Positions 9,201-18,978 of a stretch of 64,000 nt of DNA are shown here, piece after piece. How positions within the stretch are numbered: position 1 is the first letter of the stretch; every line of letters starts with the position of its first letter. The translations under genes were made by a program, and so were the position numbers. The stretch is from positions 164 to 64,163 of the forward strand of contig CACJFA010000002.1 of the NCBI GenBank assembly GCA_902592545.1. The letters run 5' to 3'. The stretch is from an uncultured Pelagibacteraceae bacterium (GTDB lineage: Bacteria > Pseudomonadota > Alphaproteobacteria > Pelagibacterales > Pelagibacteraceae). Under the pieces are notes generated by a model. That model did no database searches. It saw only the letters and a list, made by a program, of their open reading frames with translations, and was not told the DNA's origin.

Positions 9201-10705
9201 TGAAAAAAAATAAAATTTACATAGGTGGTGGTTTTAGCGAAGATCAACTTCTATGGATATTCCCTATAATTTCAAATTATTTCAGTAATTCAAATCAAAA
9301 TGTAATTTTTTTAGAAAATAAATTGTCTAAAACTTTTTCTAAAAGTTTAGTTTTTAAAAAGTATTTAAAAAATTTTAAATTGATACAACAAGATAACTTA
9401 TTTTTTTTCAAATCAAATATAATTAAGTATTTTTTATTATTAATTAAATATTTTCCTAATATATTTTTTTTCGTTTTTTTTATTAATAGAAATTCAATTT
9501 TAAAAAATAAAGATCAATGGAATAATGTGCAATTTTATCATAGTTTTTGGGACACATCTTTAAAGTTATGTGAAGATGGTCAATTAGAGCCAAATTTTTT
9601 TAATAAATTTATTGCAATACTAAGATGTTATGCTGCAATTGATTTGGCTAAAAAAATTTATAAGCAAGATATAAAGACCGTTTTTCTTGGACATACTGTA
9701 TATTCAAATAGAGCTTTATTTGCCTATTTAAGAAGTAGAAAAATAAAAATTTTTACTCAAGCGGCATATAATTTGCATATTCAACCTAAACTGAGAGACA
9801 ACTCTTGGTTAAATATATCAAATGATAAATTAGCATTAGTAAAAAAAAAAATTAAAATAAATAAAATTAATGATTATTTTATTAGAAGAAACAAGGGTAA
9901 GGGTAATTATTATGACTCTGAAAATGCACTTAAGGGTGTCAAAAGAGATGATGACTTAAAAGATTTTAATACTATATTTCTTCATGTTTTTAGGGATTCT
10001 CCTTTTAACTTAATAGAAAAAAATAGAATATTTGTTGATTACTTTGATTGGATTATTAAGACATTGAAGATATTAAAAAATAGTAACGAAAAATGGATTA
10101 TTAGATGTCACCCTAGTCATAAGAGATGGGGAGAGAACCAGTCTATTACATTAAAAAAAATCATTAGTGTTGCTTTAGAAAAATCGAGCTTACCAAGTAA
10201 TATCATTATAGATGAAGGATTATATTCTAATCTTTTTTTAATCAAAAATTCAAAAAAAATTGTAACTTTTAATGGCACAGTTCAGTTGGAGGCAGCATGT
10301 TTTGGTAAAAAAGCTATTACAGTAGTATCTAATTTTAAAAATTTAAATTTGAAAATAGATATATGCCCTAAAAATTTAGCTGAGTATAAAAAAATTTTAT
10401 TAAATAAAAATCATAAATACGCTAATTTTTCAAAGCTAAACTCAAATCAAATATTAAATTCTAAATATTTGCTTTATATCATAGAAAATATTCATTATTT
10501 AAAAAAAGATTTAAACGCATCAGAAATTTATAAAGATGATAGTGAAAAATTAAAAAAATTAAATTTTAAGAATATAATGTTAAATATTAAAACCAATGAA
10601 GAATTTTTTAAAAAAAATTCAATTTATTTAAAAAATGGTGGCACTCACACTATATCAAAAAATTTTATAGATAATTTTATTGACCATGAAAATTCTAAAA
10701 TATAA
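9200..10705 (+). CDS. KpsS/KpsC-like (Capsule_synth) putative CMP-ulosonate transferase
   Basis: FLHVFRDS, IIRCHP and IVTFNGTVQLEAACFGK resemble the capsule-synthesis family C-terminal motifs. GTG start; adjacent to neuA. Confidence 0.55.
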   Translation: MKKNKIYIGGGFSEDQLLWIFPIISNYFSNSNQNVIFLENKLSKTFSKSLVFKKYLKNFKLIQQDNLFFFKSNIIKYFLLLIKYFPNIFFFVFFINRNSILKNKDQWNNVQFYHSFWDTSLKLCEDGQLEPNFFNKFIAILRCYAAIDLAKKIYKQDIKTVFLGHTVYSNRALFAYLRSRKIKIFTQAAYNLHIQPKLRDNSWLNISNDKLALVKKKIKINKINDYFIRRNKGKGNYYDSENALKGVKRDDDLKDFNTIFLHVFRDSPFNLIEKNRIFVDYFDWIIKTLKILKNSNEKWIIRCHPSHKRWGENQSITLKKIISVALEKSSLPSNIIIDEGLYSNLFLIKNSKKIVTFNGTVQLEAACFGKKAITVVSNFKNLNLKIDICPKNLAEYKKILLNKNHKYANFSKLNSNQILNSKYLLYIIENIHYLKKDLNASEIYKDDSEKLKKLNFKNIMLNIKTNEEFFKKNSIYLKNGGTHTISKNFIDNFIDHENSKI

Positions 10706-10715
10706 ATATAAATAA

Positions 10716-11780
10716 ATGTACAAACTACTTATAACTGGAAATCTAGGATATATAGGCCCAGTTCTCACGAATTATTTAAAAAAAAAATATAAAAAAAAAA
10801 TTCATATTACGGGTGTGGATTGTGATTATTTTAAAAATTTTAAAAGTGATATATTTAATTTTGAAAAAAACTCAGTTGATCATCAAATCTATGAGGACAT
10901 AAGAAATTTCTCAATTTTAAATAATAATATAAAATATGATGGAATTATTTTATTAGCTGCGATTTCTAACGATCCAATTGGTAATAAATTTGCTAAGCAG
11001 ACTAATGAAATAAATATTAAAGCTAATACGAAATTAATCAAGGAAGCAGTTAAAATAGGTATTAAAAATATTACATTTGCTGGAAGTTGTAGTATTTATG
11101 GAAATTCTGGTCGTTTAGTGAGTAAAAGCAAAAAAGAAAACGATAATTTAAATCCATTAACACCATATGCCATCTCAAAAGTAGCAATAGAAAAAATTGC
11201 TAAAAAAATTAATTTAAAGAAGTCAGTATTTACTTCTTTAAGATTTGCAACAGCTTGTGGAATTTCAAGTGGTTTAAGACTCGATTTGGCACTTAATCAA
11301 ATGACATGGAGCGCTGTAGTTAAAAAAAAAATTATACTTCTCTCAGATGGTTCGCAATATAGGCCATTAATCGATGTTGAAGATATGTGCAGAGCTATGG
11401 ATTGGTCGATTTATAGAAAAAAAGACAATGGTGGAAAATGCTTATTAATAAATGTTGGTAATAAAAATTCAAATATTAAGATTATAGATATCGCAAATAA
11501 AATAAAATCTATACTCCCAAAAATTAAAATTATAAAAAATAAAAATGCACCAGTAGATAAAAGATCCTACAAAGTGGACTTTGAAAAATTTTATCAATTA
11601 GCAAAAAATTATACTCCTAAAAAAAACATAAGAAAAACTATTATAGAATTAATCACATATCTTAATGAAAATAACTTAATTAATCATCCTGATTTTGAAA
11701 CATTGTTGAAGAGACTAGATTTATTAAATAAAAAAATTGAAAAGAAAATATTAGATCAAAATTTAAGATACATAAGATAA
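10716..11780 (+). CDS. Extended SDR, NAD-dependent epimerase/dehydratase
   Basis: TGNLGYIG, LAAISNDP, GSCSIYG, YAISK, LRFATACG, RLDL, RSYKVDF. Confidence 0.8.
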   Translation: MYKLLITGNLGYIGPVLTNYLKKKYKKKIHITGVDCDYFKNFKSDIFNFEKNSVDHQIYEDIRNFSILNNNIKYDGIILLAAISNDPIGNKFAKQTNEINIKANTKLIKEAVKIGIKNITFAGSCSIYGNSGRLVSKSKKENDNLNPLTPYAISKVAIEKIAKKINLKKSVFTSLRFATACGISSGLRLDLALNQMTWSAVVKKKIILLSDGSQYRPLIDVEDMCRAMDWSIYRKKDNGGKCLLINVGNKNSNIKIIDIANKIKSILPKIKIIKNKNAPVDKRSYKVDFEKFYQLAKNYTPKKNIRKTIIELITYLNENNLINHPDFETLLKRLDLLNKKIEKKILDQNLRYIR

Positions 11781-11783
11781 ATT

Positions 11784-11812
11784 TTGACAAAAAAATCTTC
11801 TCAAAATAAAAA
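11784..11812 (+). promoter_or_regulatory. Candidate internal sigma70 promoter upstream of C-methyltransferase
   Basis: Perfect TTGACA (11784-11789), 17-nt spacer, TAAAAA (11807-11812), in a 68-nt gap that is long for this region. The AT-rich background weakens the -10 call. Confidence 0.4.
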
Positions 11813-11848
11813 TTATGTTTATAAATTGGCAAAACAAAATTTATTTAT

Positions 11849-13078
11849 ATGCTTTGTAAATCGTGTAAAAAAAAAATTAATAAAACACTAATTGATTTAG
11901 GTTCAGCACCATTATCAAATAATTTATTATATAAAATCGAGGAATCTGAAAATTGGTATCCTTTAAAGGTTATGATTTGTAGCAATTGTTGGTTAGCTCA
12001 AACAAATCATAATTTAACTTCAAGTGAAGTTTTTAATAAAAACTATCCTTATCTTAGTAGCGTTTCAAAAAGTTTACTTATAAATTCAAAAAAATATGCA
12101 GATGATGTTTATGATAAATTTTTAAAAAATAAAAAAAATAATAAAATTTTAGAAATAGCTTCAAATGATGGTTATTTACTTCAATATTTTAAAAATAAAA
12201 AATTTATATCAAAAATAGTTGGTATAGAACCTACACCTGAGGCTGCAAAAATATCTAGAAAAAAAAAAATTCAAACATTAGAAGTTTTTTTTGAAAAAAA
12301 AGAAGCTAAAAAACTTGATAAAAAATTCGGTAAATTTGATTTAATAATTGCTAATAACGTAGTTGCACATATACCTGATATAAATTCTTTTATTCAAGGA
12401 ATAAAAAAATTATTGTCTAAAACAGGAATTGTAACAATTGAGTTTCAATATTTAGTGGATCTTATAAACAAAAATATTTTCGATAATATTTATCACGAAC
12501 ATTATTATTATTATTCTTTTACATCTTTTAATAAAATTTTAGAAAAATTTAATTTAAAAGCTTTTGATTACCAAAAAATAGAAGCTCAAGGAGGTAGCCT
12601 AAGACTTTATATTACCCATAAAAATAATAAAATATATGCTGTTTCTAATAACATTAAAAAATTAAAAAATTTAGAAACTAAAATTGGAATTAAAAAACTT
12701 AAGTTTTATTCAAATTTCTTTACAAACACTGTCAATAAAAAAAATCAATTTTTATCTAAATTAATAGAATTAAAAAATAAAAAAAAAACTATTTTTGGAT
12801 ATGGCGCAGCAGCCAAAGGAAATACAATGATTAATTTTTGTGGAATTAAAAATGATTTAATTGATTATGTTGTAGATAAAAATTCATATAAACAAGGAAA
12901 ATTTTTACCGGGAAGTAGAATTCCCATTGTTTCAGAAAATTTTATAAGAAAAACAAAACCTGATTACATAGTTATTATTCCATGGAATATTGCTGAAGAA
13001 ATAAAAAAAGATTTAAAATATGTAAAAGGTTGGGGTTGCAAATTTATTATTTACCAACCACAAGTAAAAATAATTTGA
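11849..13078 (+). CDS. SAM-dependent NDP-sugar C-methyltransferase
   Basis: N-terminal Zn motif CKSC..CSNC, LEIASNDGYLL, ANNVVAH, FDNIYHEH, GGSLR, GYGAAAKGNT, GKFLPGSRIPI, PWN. Confidence 0.88.
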   Translation: MLCKSCKKKINKTLIDLGSAPLSNNLLYKIEESENWYPLKVMICSNCWLAQTNHNLTSSEVFNKNYPYLSSVSKSLLINSKKYADDVYDKFLKNKKNNKILEIASNDGYLLQYFKNKKFISKIVGIEPTPEAAKISRKKKIQTLEVFFEKKEAKKLDKKFGKFDLIIANNVVAHIPDINSFIQGIKKLLSKTGIVTIEFQYLVDLINKNIFDNIYHEHYYYYSFTSFNKILEKFNLKAFDYQKIEAQGGSLRLYITHKNNKIYAVSNNIKKLKNLETKIGIKKLKFYSNFFTNTVNKKNQFLSKLIELKNKKKTIFGYGAAAKGNTMINFCGIKNDLIDYVVDKNSYKQGKFLPGSRIPIVSENFIRKTKPDYIVIIPWNIAEEIKKDLKYVKGWGCKFIIYQPQVKII

Positions 13079-13911
13079 AAAAAATTTTAGTTACTGGCGG
13101 TACCGGATTTATTGGTAGAAATATTTTAGAAGAATTATCTAACTCCAAAAAATATCTTATTTATTCTACTTATAGAAAAAAAAAATTAAGAATTAAAAAT
13201 GTTAAATGGATTAAAATTAAAACATTAAAGTCAAATATACTAAAAAATAAAACTTATGATATTTTGTTAGATTTAGCGTGGTATGATTTACATAATTACA
13301 ATTCCTTAAGTCATATAAGTTTACAGGTTGATGAACATTTTGAACTTTATAAAAATTTACTTAAATCTAATGACGATATGAGTTTATATATATTTGGAAC
13401 AAGTCTTGAATATGGTTTTAGAGAAGGAAAGTTGAGTGAAAAATTTCTACCCAAACCACATGTAAATTATTCAAAAGGAAAAAATATGTTAAGAAAAAAA
13501 TTAATTGAAATTAAAAAAAAAAAAAATTTTAAATTAACATGGTTAAGACCTTTTTATATTTATGGAGAAAATCAACAAAAAAGAACCTTGTATTCTCAAT
13601 TTCGAAAAGCGGTAAAAAATAAATATAAAAAATTCAAAATGTCAAAAGGTGATCAAAAAAGAGATTATATAAATGTAAAGGATGTTGCCAAAATACTATT
13701 GAATTTAATGAATAAAAATTTAGATTTTGGAATAATAAATATTTGTTCTGGTAAACCAATTAAAGTAATCGATCTTGTAAAATATTGGAAAAAGAAATTA
13801 AATTCAAAAATTATCCTTGATAGTGGTCAACTGTCTATACCAAATTATGAACCATATATTTTTTATGGAGATAATAAAAAACTCAAAAAGATTATTAATG
13901 AAAAAATTTAA
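13075..13911 (+). CDS. Extended SDR, NDP-4-keto-sugar reductase/epimerase
   Basis: Start re-assigned to TTG at 13075 (TTGA overlap with the upstream stop), giving KKILVTGGTGFIG; GTSLEYG, YSKGK, LRPFYIYG, RDYI. Confidence 0.78.
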   Translation: MKKILVTGGTGFIGRNILEELSNSKKYLIYSTYRKKKLRIKNVKWIKIKTLKSNILKNKTYDILLDLAWYDLHNYNSLSHISLQVDEHFELYKNLLKSNDDMSLYIFGTSLEYGFREGKLSEKFLPKPHVNYSKGKNMLRKKLIEIKKKKNFKLTWLRPFYIYGENQQKRTLYSQFRKAVKNKYKKFKMSKGDQKRDYINVKDVAKILLNLMNKNLDFGIINICSGKPIKVIDLVKYWKKKLNSKIILDSGQLSIPNYEPYIFYGDNKKLKKIINEKI

Positions 13912-14827
13912 AAGAGGATTAATTATTGGCCCAGATGGGATTGGACAAGCACATATTAGAGAATACATTAATTATGGTATTGATGAGATTTCAATTATAA
14001 GAAAAAATATTTTCAAAAATAAAAAAATGATTACAAAAATTAAACCTCATAAAGCGAGATTTAATTTTCTTAGAAGTTTAAATGAGATAAAAAAATATAA
14101 GCCAGATATAATTAGTGTTTGCTCTCCCCATTATTTTCATATTAAACATTTAAAAAAAATTTCTACATTCACTCCCAGATCTATTATTGTAGAAAAACCA
14201 TTTATTGTTTCGAAAGATATGAATTTTGAGAAATTAGAAAAAACTACGAATGATTTAAATAATAAATTTAAAAAAAGAATATTTGTTAATATTCCAATGA
14301 CTGAACTTACAAAACAAGTAATAAAAATATTTAAATTTAACAAAATTAAGCAAATTAAATTTAAATATCTTACTAAAGGTAAACATAAAAATGACGAAAT
14401 TCTTATTGATCTACTTCCACATGCAATATCTTTTATTTTATCTTTGCAGAAAAAAAAAAGCTTAAAATTTGATATAAAAAAATTATTTGTAAATAAAACC
14501 AAAACAAAAATTTTTGCAATAATAAATGAAACAGTATGTGAAATTTACTTAGAACAAAATATTAATATAAAAAAAAGTTTATTATCTTTTGAAATTAATA
14601 AAAAAAAATTTAAAAGAATTTCTACAGTAAAAGACAAAATACATACAAACTATATTTTATATAATAAAAAAAAATATAAAATTAAAAATCCGATGACTTT
14701 ATCGTTAAAAAAAATAATTAAATCTTTGGATTTGAATTTAAATAATAATATGAATAGAATTTATATTGGTTTGATTAATAAATTTACATGTCATGTTATA
14801 AAAATGTTTAGGAAAAAACTAATATGA
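13898..14827 (+). CDS. Gfo/Idh/MocA-family oxidoreductase (divergent)
   Basis: Start re-assigned to ATG 13898; IIGPDGIGQAH, DIISVCSPHYFH, IIVEKP, DLLPH. Confidence 0.7.
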   Translation: MKKFKRGLIIGPDGIGQAHIREYINYGIDEISIIRKNIFKNKKMITKIKPHKARFNFLRSLNEIKKYKPDIISVCSPHYFHIKHLKKISTFTPRSIIVEKPFIVSKDMNFEKLEKTTNDLNNKFKKRIFVNIPMTELTKQVIKIFKFNKIKQIKFKYLTKGKHKNDEILIDLLPHAISFILSLQKKKSLKFDIKKLFVNKTKTKIFAIINETVCEIYLEQNINIKKSLLSFEINKKKFKRISTVKDKIHTNYILYNKKKYKIKNPMTLSLKKIIKSLDLNLNNNMNRIYIGLINKFTCHVIKMFRKKLI

Positions 14828-15861
14828 AAAAGGTACTTGTTGCAGGTGGGTGTGGTTTTATTGGATCTAATATTTCTATATTTCTAAAAAAAAAAAAATA
14901 TAAAGTCTATTCATTAGATAATTTATCAAGAATTGGATCCTCCCTAAATCTTCGGAGATTAAAAAAATCTAAAATTCGAAACTATAAAATTGATATACAA
15001 GATACAAAAAAAATTTTAAAATTACCTAAATTTGACATCATTTTAGATTGTTGTGCTTTAGTTGAAGCCGATGTTAAAAAAGAGAATATAAAAAAAGTTT
15101 TTTCTGTTAATTTTTTTGGAACAAATAATTTATTGATGAAATGTATTCAAGATAAATCCAAAATAATATTTTTTTCAACTAGTAGAGTTTATTCAATAAA
15201 AGCAATTTATAATTTATTGTTTAACAAAAAAAATCTCGGTAAAAAAATAATTATAAAAAAAAAATATTTGATCAATGAAAAATTTGATATGAATACACCA
15301 TTATCCTATTACGGTTTATCAAAAAAATTTTCTGAAGAATTAATTAAAGAATATTCATACTCTTTTGGAATTAAATATATCATTAATAGATTTGGCGTAA
15401 TATCAGGACCATGGCAATTTGGTAAAGTTGAACAAGGCTTTTTAAGTTTATGGATATGGAAACATTTAACAAAAAGAAAATTATTTTATAAGGGATTTGG
15501 AGGTAAGGGCTTTCAAGTAAGAGACATCCTTCATATAGATGATGTATGTCAAATAATTTATTTACAAATAAAAAAAATAAATAAAATTAATAACCAAATT
15601 TTCAATATTGGTGGAGGAATAAATAATTCAATAGATCTTAAAAGTCTTACTAATTTATCTCAAAATATTACAAAAAATAAAATTAATATAAAAAGTCTAA
15701 AATCTACTAATATGTCAGATATACCTATTTATATTTCAAATAATAAAAAAATAAATGAATATTATAAATGGAAACCAAAAAAAAAAATAAAAGAAATTGT
15801 AGTTGATGTATTTAAGTGGCAAATGAAAAATCTGAATAGTTTAAAAAAGTTTATGAAATAA
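14824..15861 (+). CDS. CDP-paratose 2-epimerase (RfbE)-like SDR, copy 1
   Basis: AGGCGFIG, LDNLSRIGS, FSTSRVY, YGLSK, NRFGVISGPWQFGKVEQG, G.QVRDILH. Confidence 0.75.
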   Translation: MKKVLVAGGCGFIGSNISIFLKKKKYKVYSLDNLSRIGSSLNLRRLKKSKIRNYKIDIQDTKKILKLPKFDIILDCCALVEADVKKENIKKVFSVNFFGTNNLLMKCIQDKSKIIFFSTSRVYSIKAIYNLLFNKKNLGKKIIIKKKYLINEKFDMNTPLSYYGLSKKFSEELIKEYSYSFGIKYIINRFGVISGPWQFGKVEQGFLSLWIWKHLTKRKLFYKGFGGKGFQVRDILHIDDVCQIIYLQIKKINKINNQIFNIGGGINNSIDLKSLTNLSQNITKNKINIKSLKSTNMSDIPIYISNNKKINEYYKWKPKKKIKEIVVDVFKWQMKNLNSLKKFMK

Positions 15862-15864
15862 TCT

Positions 15865-16920
15865 ATGAAAGTAATAATTATCACTGGATCATGTGGATTA
15901 ATAGGATCAGAATCTGTTAAATTTTTTTCAAAAAAAAAATATTTGATAGTTGGAATAGATAATAATTTTAGAAGATATTTTTTTGGAAAAGATGGAAATA
16001 CAAATTGGCAATTATCAAATTTAAAAAAAATTAAGAACTATATTCATTATTCATACGATATAAGAAATTTTAAAAAACTTAAAACTATATTCAAAAAGTA
16101 TAATAAAAGAATTGCATCCATAATACACTGTGCGGCTCAACCATCTCATGATTGGGCAGCTAAAGAACCGCTTACAGATTTTAGTATTAATGCAACTGGT
16201 ACTCTCAATTTGCTTGAATTGACAAAACAATATGCAAAAAATTCTAAATTTATTTTTTTATCAACAAATAAAGTCTATGGTGATAAACCAAATCAAATAA
16301 AATTGGTTGAAAAGAAAAAAAGATACGAGCCGATAAATAAGCATTATAAAATTAATGGAATTGGAGAAGATATGTCTATCGATAATTCAAAACATAGCAT
16401 ATTTGGATCTTCAAAAGTTGCAGCTGATATTTTAGTTCAAGAGTATGGTAAATATTTTAACCTTAACACTGTTTGTTTTAGAGGAGGATGTTTAACAGGC
16501 CCATCTCATTCAGGTGCAGAACTTCATGGATTTTTATCATACTTAGTCAAATGTTGTCTGAAAGGTAAACTATATAAAGTTTATGGGTACAAAGGGAAAC
16601 AAGTTAGAGACAATATTCACAGTAGTGATTTAGTAAATATGATTTGGGAATTTATAAAAAGACCCTCAAGAGGAGAAGTCTATAATGTTGGAGGTGGCAT
16701 AAATAATAGTTGTTCAATTTTAGAGGCAATAAATTTAATAGAAAAAATAACAAAAAAGAAAATGAAATATAAAATCATGAAACAAAATAGGATTGGAGAC
16801 CATATATGGTATATTACAAATCTTAGAAAATTTAAAAAAAATTATCCTAAATGGAAATTAAAATATTCTTTAAAACAAATTATTTCAGAAATAATCAAGG
16901 AACAAAGTCAAATTCATTAG
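15865..16920 (+). CDS. CDP-paratose 2-epimerase (RfbE)-like SDR, copy 2
   Basis: TGSCGLIG, HCAAQPSHDWAA, STNKVYGD, SIFGSSK, FRGGCLTG, GKQVRDNIH, RIGDHIWY. Confidence 0.78.
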   Translation: MKVIIITGSCGLIGSESVKFFSKKKYLIVGIDNNFRRYFFGKDGNTNWQLSNLKKIKNYIHYSYDIRNFKKLKTIFKKYNKRIASIIHCAAQPSHDWAAKEPLTDFSINATGTLNLLELTKQYAKNSKFIFLSTNKVYGDKPNQIKLVEKKKRYEPINKHYKINGIGEDMSIDNSKHSIFGSSKVAADILVQEYGKYFNLNTVCFRGGCLTGPSHSGAELHGFLSYLVKCCLKGKLYKVYGYKGKQVRDNIHSSDLVNMIWEFIKRPSRGEVYNVGGGINNSCSILEAINLIEKITKKKMKYKIMKQNRIGDHIWYITNLRKFKKNYPKWKLKYSLKQIISEIIKEQSQIH

Positions 16921-16927
16921 AATAAAA

Positions 16928-18118
16928 ATGAAAATACTAAATGTTTCATATTCAGATTTATTTGGAGGAGCAGCTAAATCTGCTTATAGAATACACAAAT
17001 TATTAAATACTATTAATTTTGTAAAAAGCGATATGCTTGTTGTAAAAAAACTTTCTAAAGAAAAAAATATTTTTAGTTTAAAAAGTAAAATTTCAATTTT
17101 TTTTTTTAAATTAAAAAATTATATGGGAATGTTAATTTCAAAATTTGATACTAATAATAACCCAAAATCATATAATCTTTTTAACTCTCCTTTTTTAAAA
17201 TTTATAAATAATTCTGAATATGATCTAATTAATTTACATTGGATAAATGCGGAGACTTTATCTATAGAGGATATTAACAAGATAAATAAACCGATTATTA
17301 TTACAATGCATGATATGTGGTGGATATGTGGATCTGAAAATTACATAGAATATGGTGATAATAAGTGGAAAAAAGGTAACTTTAATAATTATATTTCAAA
17401 TTACATCTACAATAAAAAAAAATTTATATTACCAAAAGCAATTATTTCTCCAAGCAAATGGTTGTTAAACTGTGCCAGAGAATCTGGATTATATAATAAA
17501 TCAAAATTAATAAATATACCTTATCCTGTAGATCAAAATGTTTTTTATCCAAAAAAAAATTTAAATTCACTATTAAAATTCAAATTAAAAAAAAACAAAA
17601 AGATAAAAATTTTTTTTGGAGTATTTGGGAATGCAACTGACAAACGAAAGGGTATAGATTTATTAATAAAATCATTAAATTTAATTGATCCAGATTTATT
17701 TGAATTAATAATTGCAAGTAAGAACGAATTTAAAAAAAAACATAAATTCTCAATTAAAAATCTAAATTATATAGAAAGTGAAAACGATTTATCAAATATA
17801 TATAATATTTGTGATATTGTTGTTTTAACATCAAGATTAGATAATCTTCCTAATATTGCATTAGAGGCACAATCATGTGGTAAACCTATTGTTGCATATA
17901 AGGTTGGTGGAATTCCAGATATAATTAAAAATAATGTAAATGGTTATTTAATCGATCCATTTAATTTCAGATTATTTTCAAAAAAAATTGAAATACTAAT
18001 TAAACAGAGCAAATTAAGGAAAAAATTTTCCTTAAATGCCTATAATTATTCAAAAAAACATTGGTCACATGAAGTAATTAGGAAAAAATATAAAAAACAA
18101 TTGTCTGATCTAAATTAG
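16928..18118 (+). CDS. Glycosyltransferase GT4 (WcaC-like)
   Basis: GGAAKSAYRIH, NLHWI, TMHDMW, RKGIDLL, DNLPNIALEAQSCGKPIVAY.VGGIPDI. Confidence 0.85.
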   Translation: MKILNVSYSDLFGGAAKSAYRIHKLLNTINFVKSDMLVVKKLSKEKNIFSLKSKISIFFFKLKNYMGMLISKFDTNNNPKSYNLFNSPFLKFINNSEYDLINLHWINAETLSIEDINKINKPIIITMHDMWWICGSENYIEYGDNKWKKGNFNNYISNYIYNKKKFILPKAIISPSKWLLNCARESGLYNKSKLINIPYPVDQNVFYPKKNLNSLLKFKLKKNKKIKIFFGVFGNATDKRKGIDLLIKSLNLIDPDLFELIIASKNEFKKKHKFSIKNLNYIESENDLSNIYNICDIVVLTSRLDNLPNIALEAQSCGKPIVAYKVGGIPDIIKNNVNGYLIDPFNFRLFSKKIEILIKQSKLRKKFSLNAYNYSKKHWSHEVIRKKYKKQLSDLN

Positions 18119-18123
18119 AAATT

Positions 18124-18978
18124 ATGTACGTTGATTTATCAAATATGTATTCAGGGTTTAGTGATAGATTGCGACAGCTTACATTTTGTATAGCATATGA
18201 AAAATTACAAAATAAAAAATTCAAAGTTATAGAGATCTATGAGAAGAAAAATAAAGAATCTCCATTTTATATTTCAGAATTAATAAAAATTAAAAATTGC
18301 AAAGTTAAAAATGTAAAAAAGAAAAATATCGAAGCTATAAAAATGGATCCATTTAATTCAGAAATATCAATTAAAAATTGTCATAAATATAATTTCAAAA
18401 ATTTAGACAATAGAAAGTTATTAATGGAATGGAAAAAAACTTATCAAATATTACAACCTAAAAAAAAAATTAAATTTAAATTAAATAAAATTATTAAAAA
18501 TAAAAAATATATATCTATACATATTAGACTTACTGATAAATTAGTTTCTTTTAGAAATTATTTTTTAGAAATACCCACTAAAGACGTAATATATCTTAAA
18601 CAGTTTGAAGAATTTATGAACAATATTGAAAATTTAATACCAGACAAATATAAATATATTTATTTATGTAGTGATGAAAATATTTTTAAAAAAAAAATAA
18701 AAGAAAAACTTAAAAATAAATTTAAATTTATCGAAAGAAATATTAAATATAACAAAAAAAAACTCAGACAGACTTCTGGAGAGGATTTTGTTATAGATTT
18801 ATTTGCAATGTCAAAAAGCTCATTAATTATTTCCTCGACTGGCGGTAATGTTCCTTATGCATCAAATTTAATTTCTGGACTAAAGCAAAATTATATTAAA
18901 TGGATAAATTACAGATTTAAATATAGGTTTTTTTATAAAATAAGACAGGTAATTTTTAGTATAAGAAATTTTAATTAA
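18124..18978 (+). CDS. Putative fucosyltransferase-like GT (NodZ/GT23/GT11-like)
   Basis: SGFSDRLR, ISIHIRLTDK (HxR motif), IYLCSD and DLFAMSKSSLII match the GDP-fucose-binding motif pattern. Confidence 0.5.
   Translation: MYVDLSNMYSGFSDRLRQLTFCIAYEKLQNKKFKVIEIYEKKNKESPFYISELIKIKNCKVKNVKKKNIEAIKMDPFNSEISIKNCHKYNFKNLDNRKLLMEWKKTYQILQPKKKIKFKLNKIIKNKKYISIHIRLTDKLVSFRNYFLEIPTKDVIYLKQFEEFMNNIENLIPDKYKYIYLCSDENIFKKKIKEKLKNKFKFIERNIKYNKKKLRQTSGEDFVIDLFAMSKSSLIISSTGGNVPYASNLISGLKQNYIKWINYRFKYRFFYKIRQVIFSIRNFN

Noticed and set aside
13030-13897. Long N-terminal starts at 13030 and 13817
   Set aside because: They overlap upstream genes by 49-95 nt. Rossmann motifs begin right after TTG 13075 and ATG 13898.
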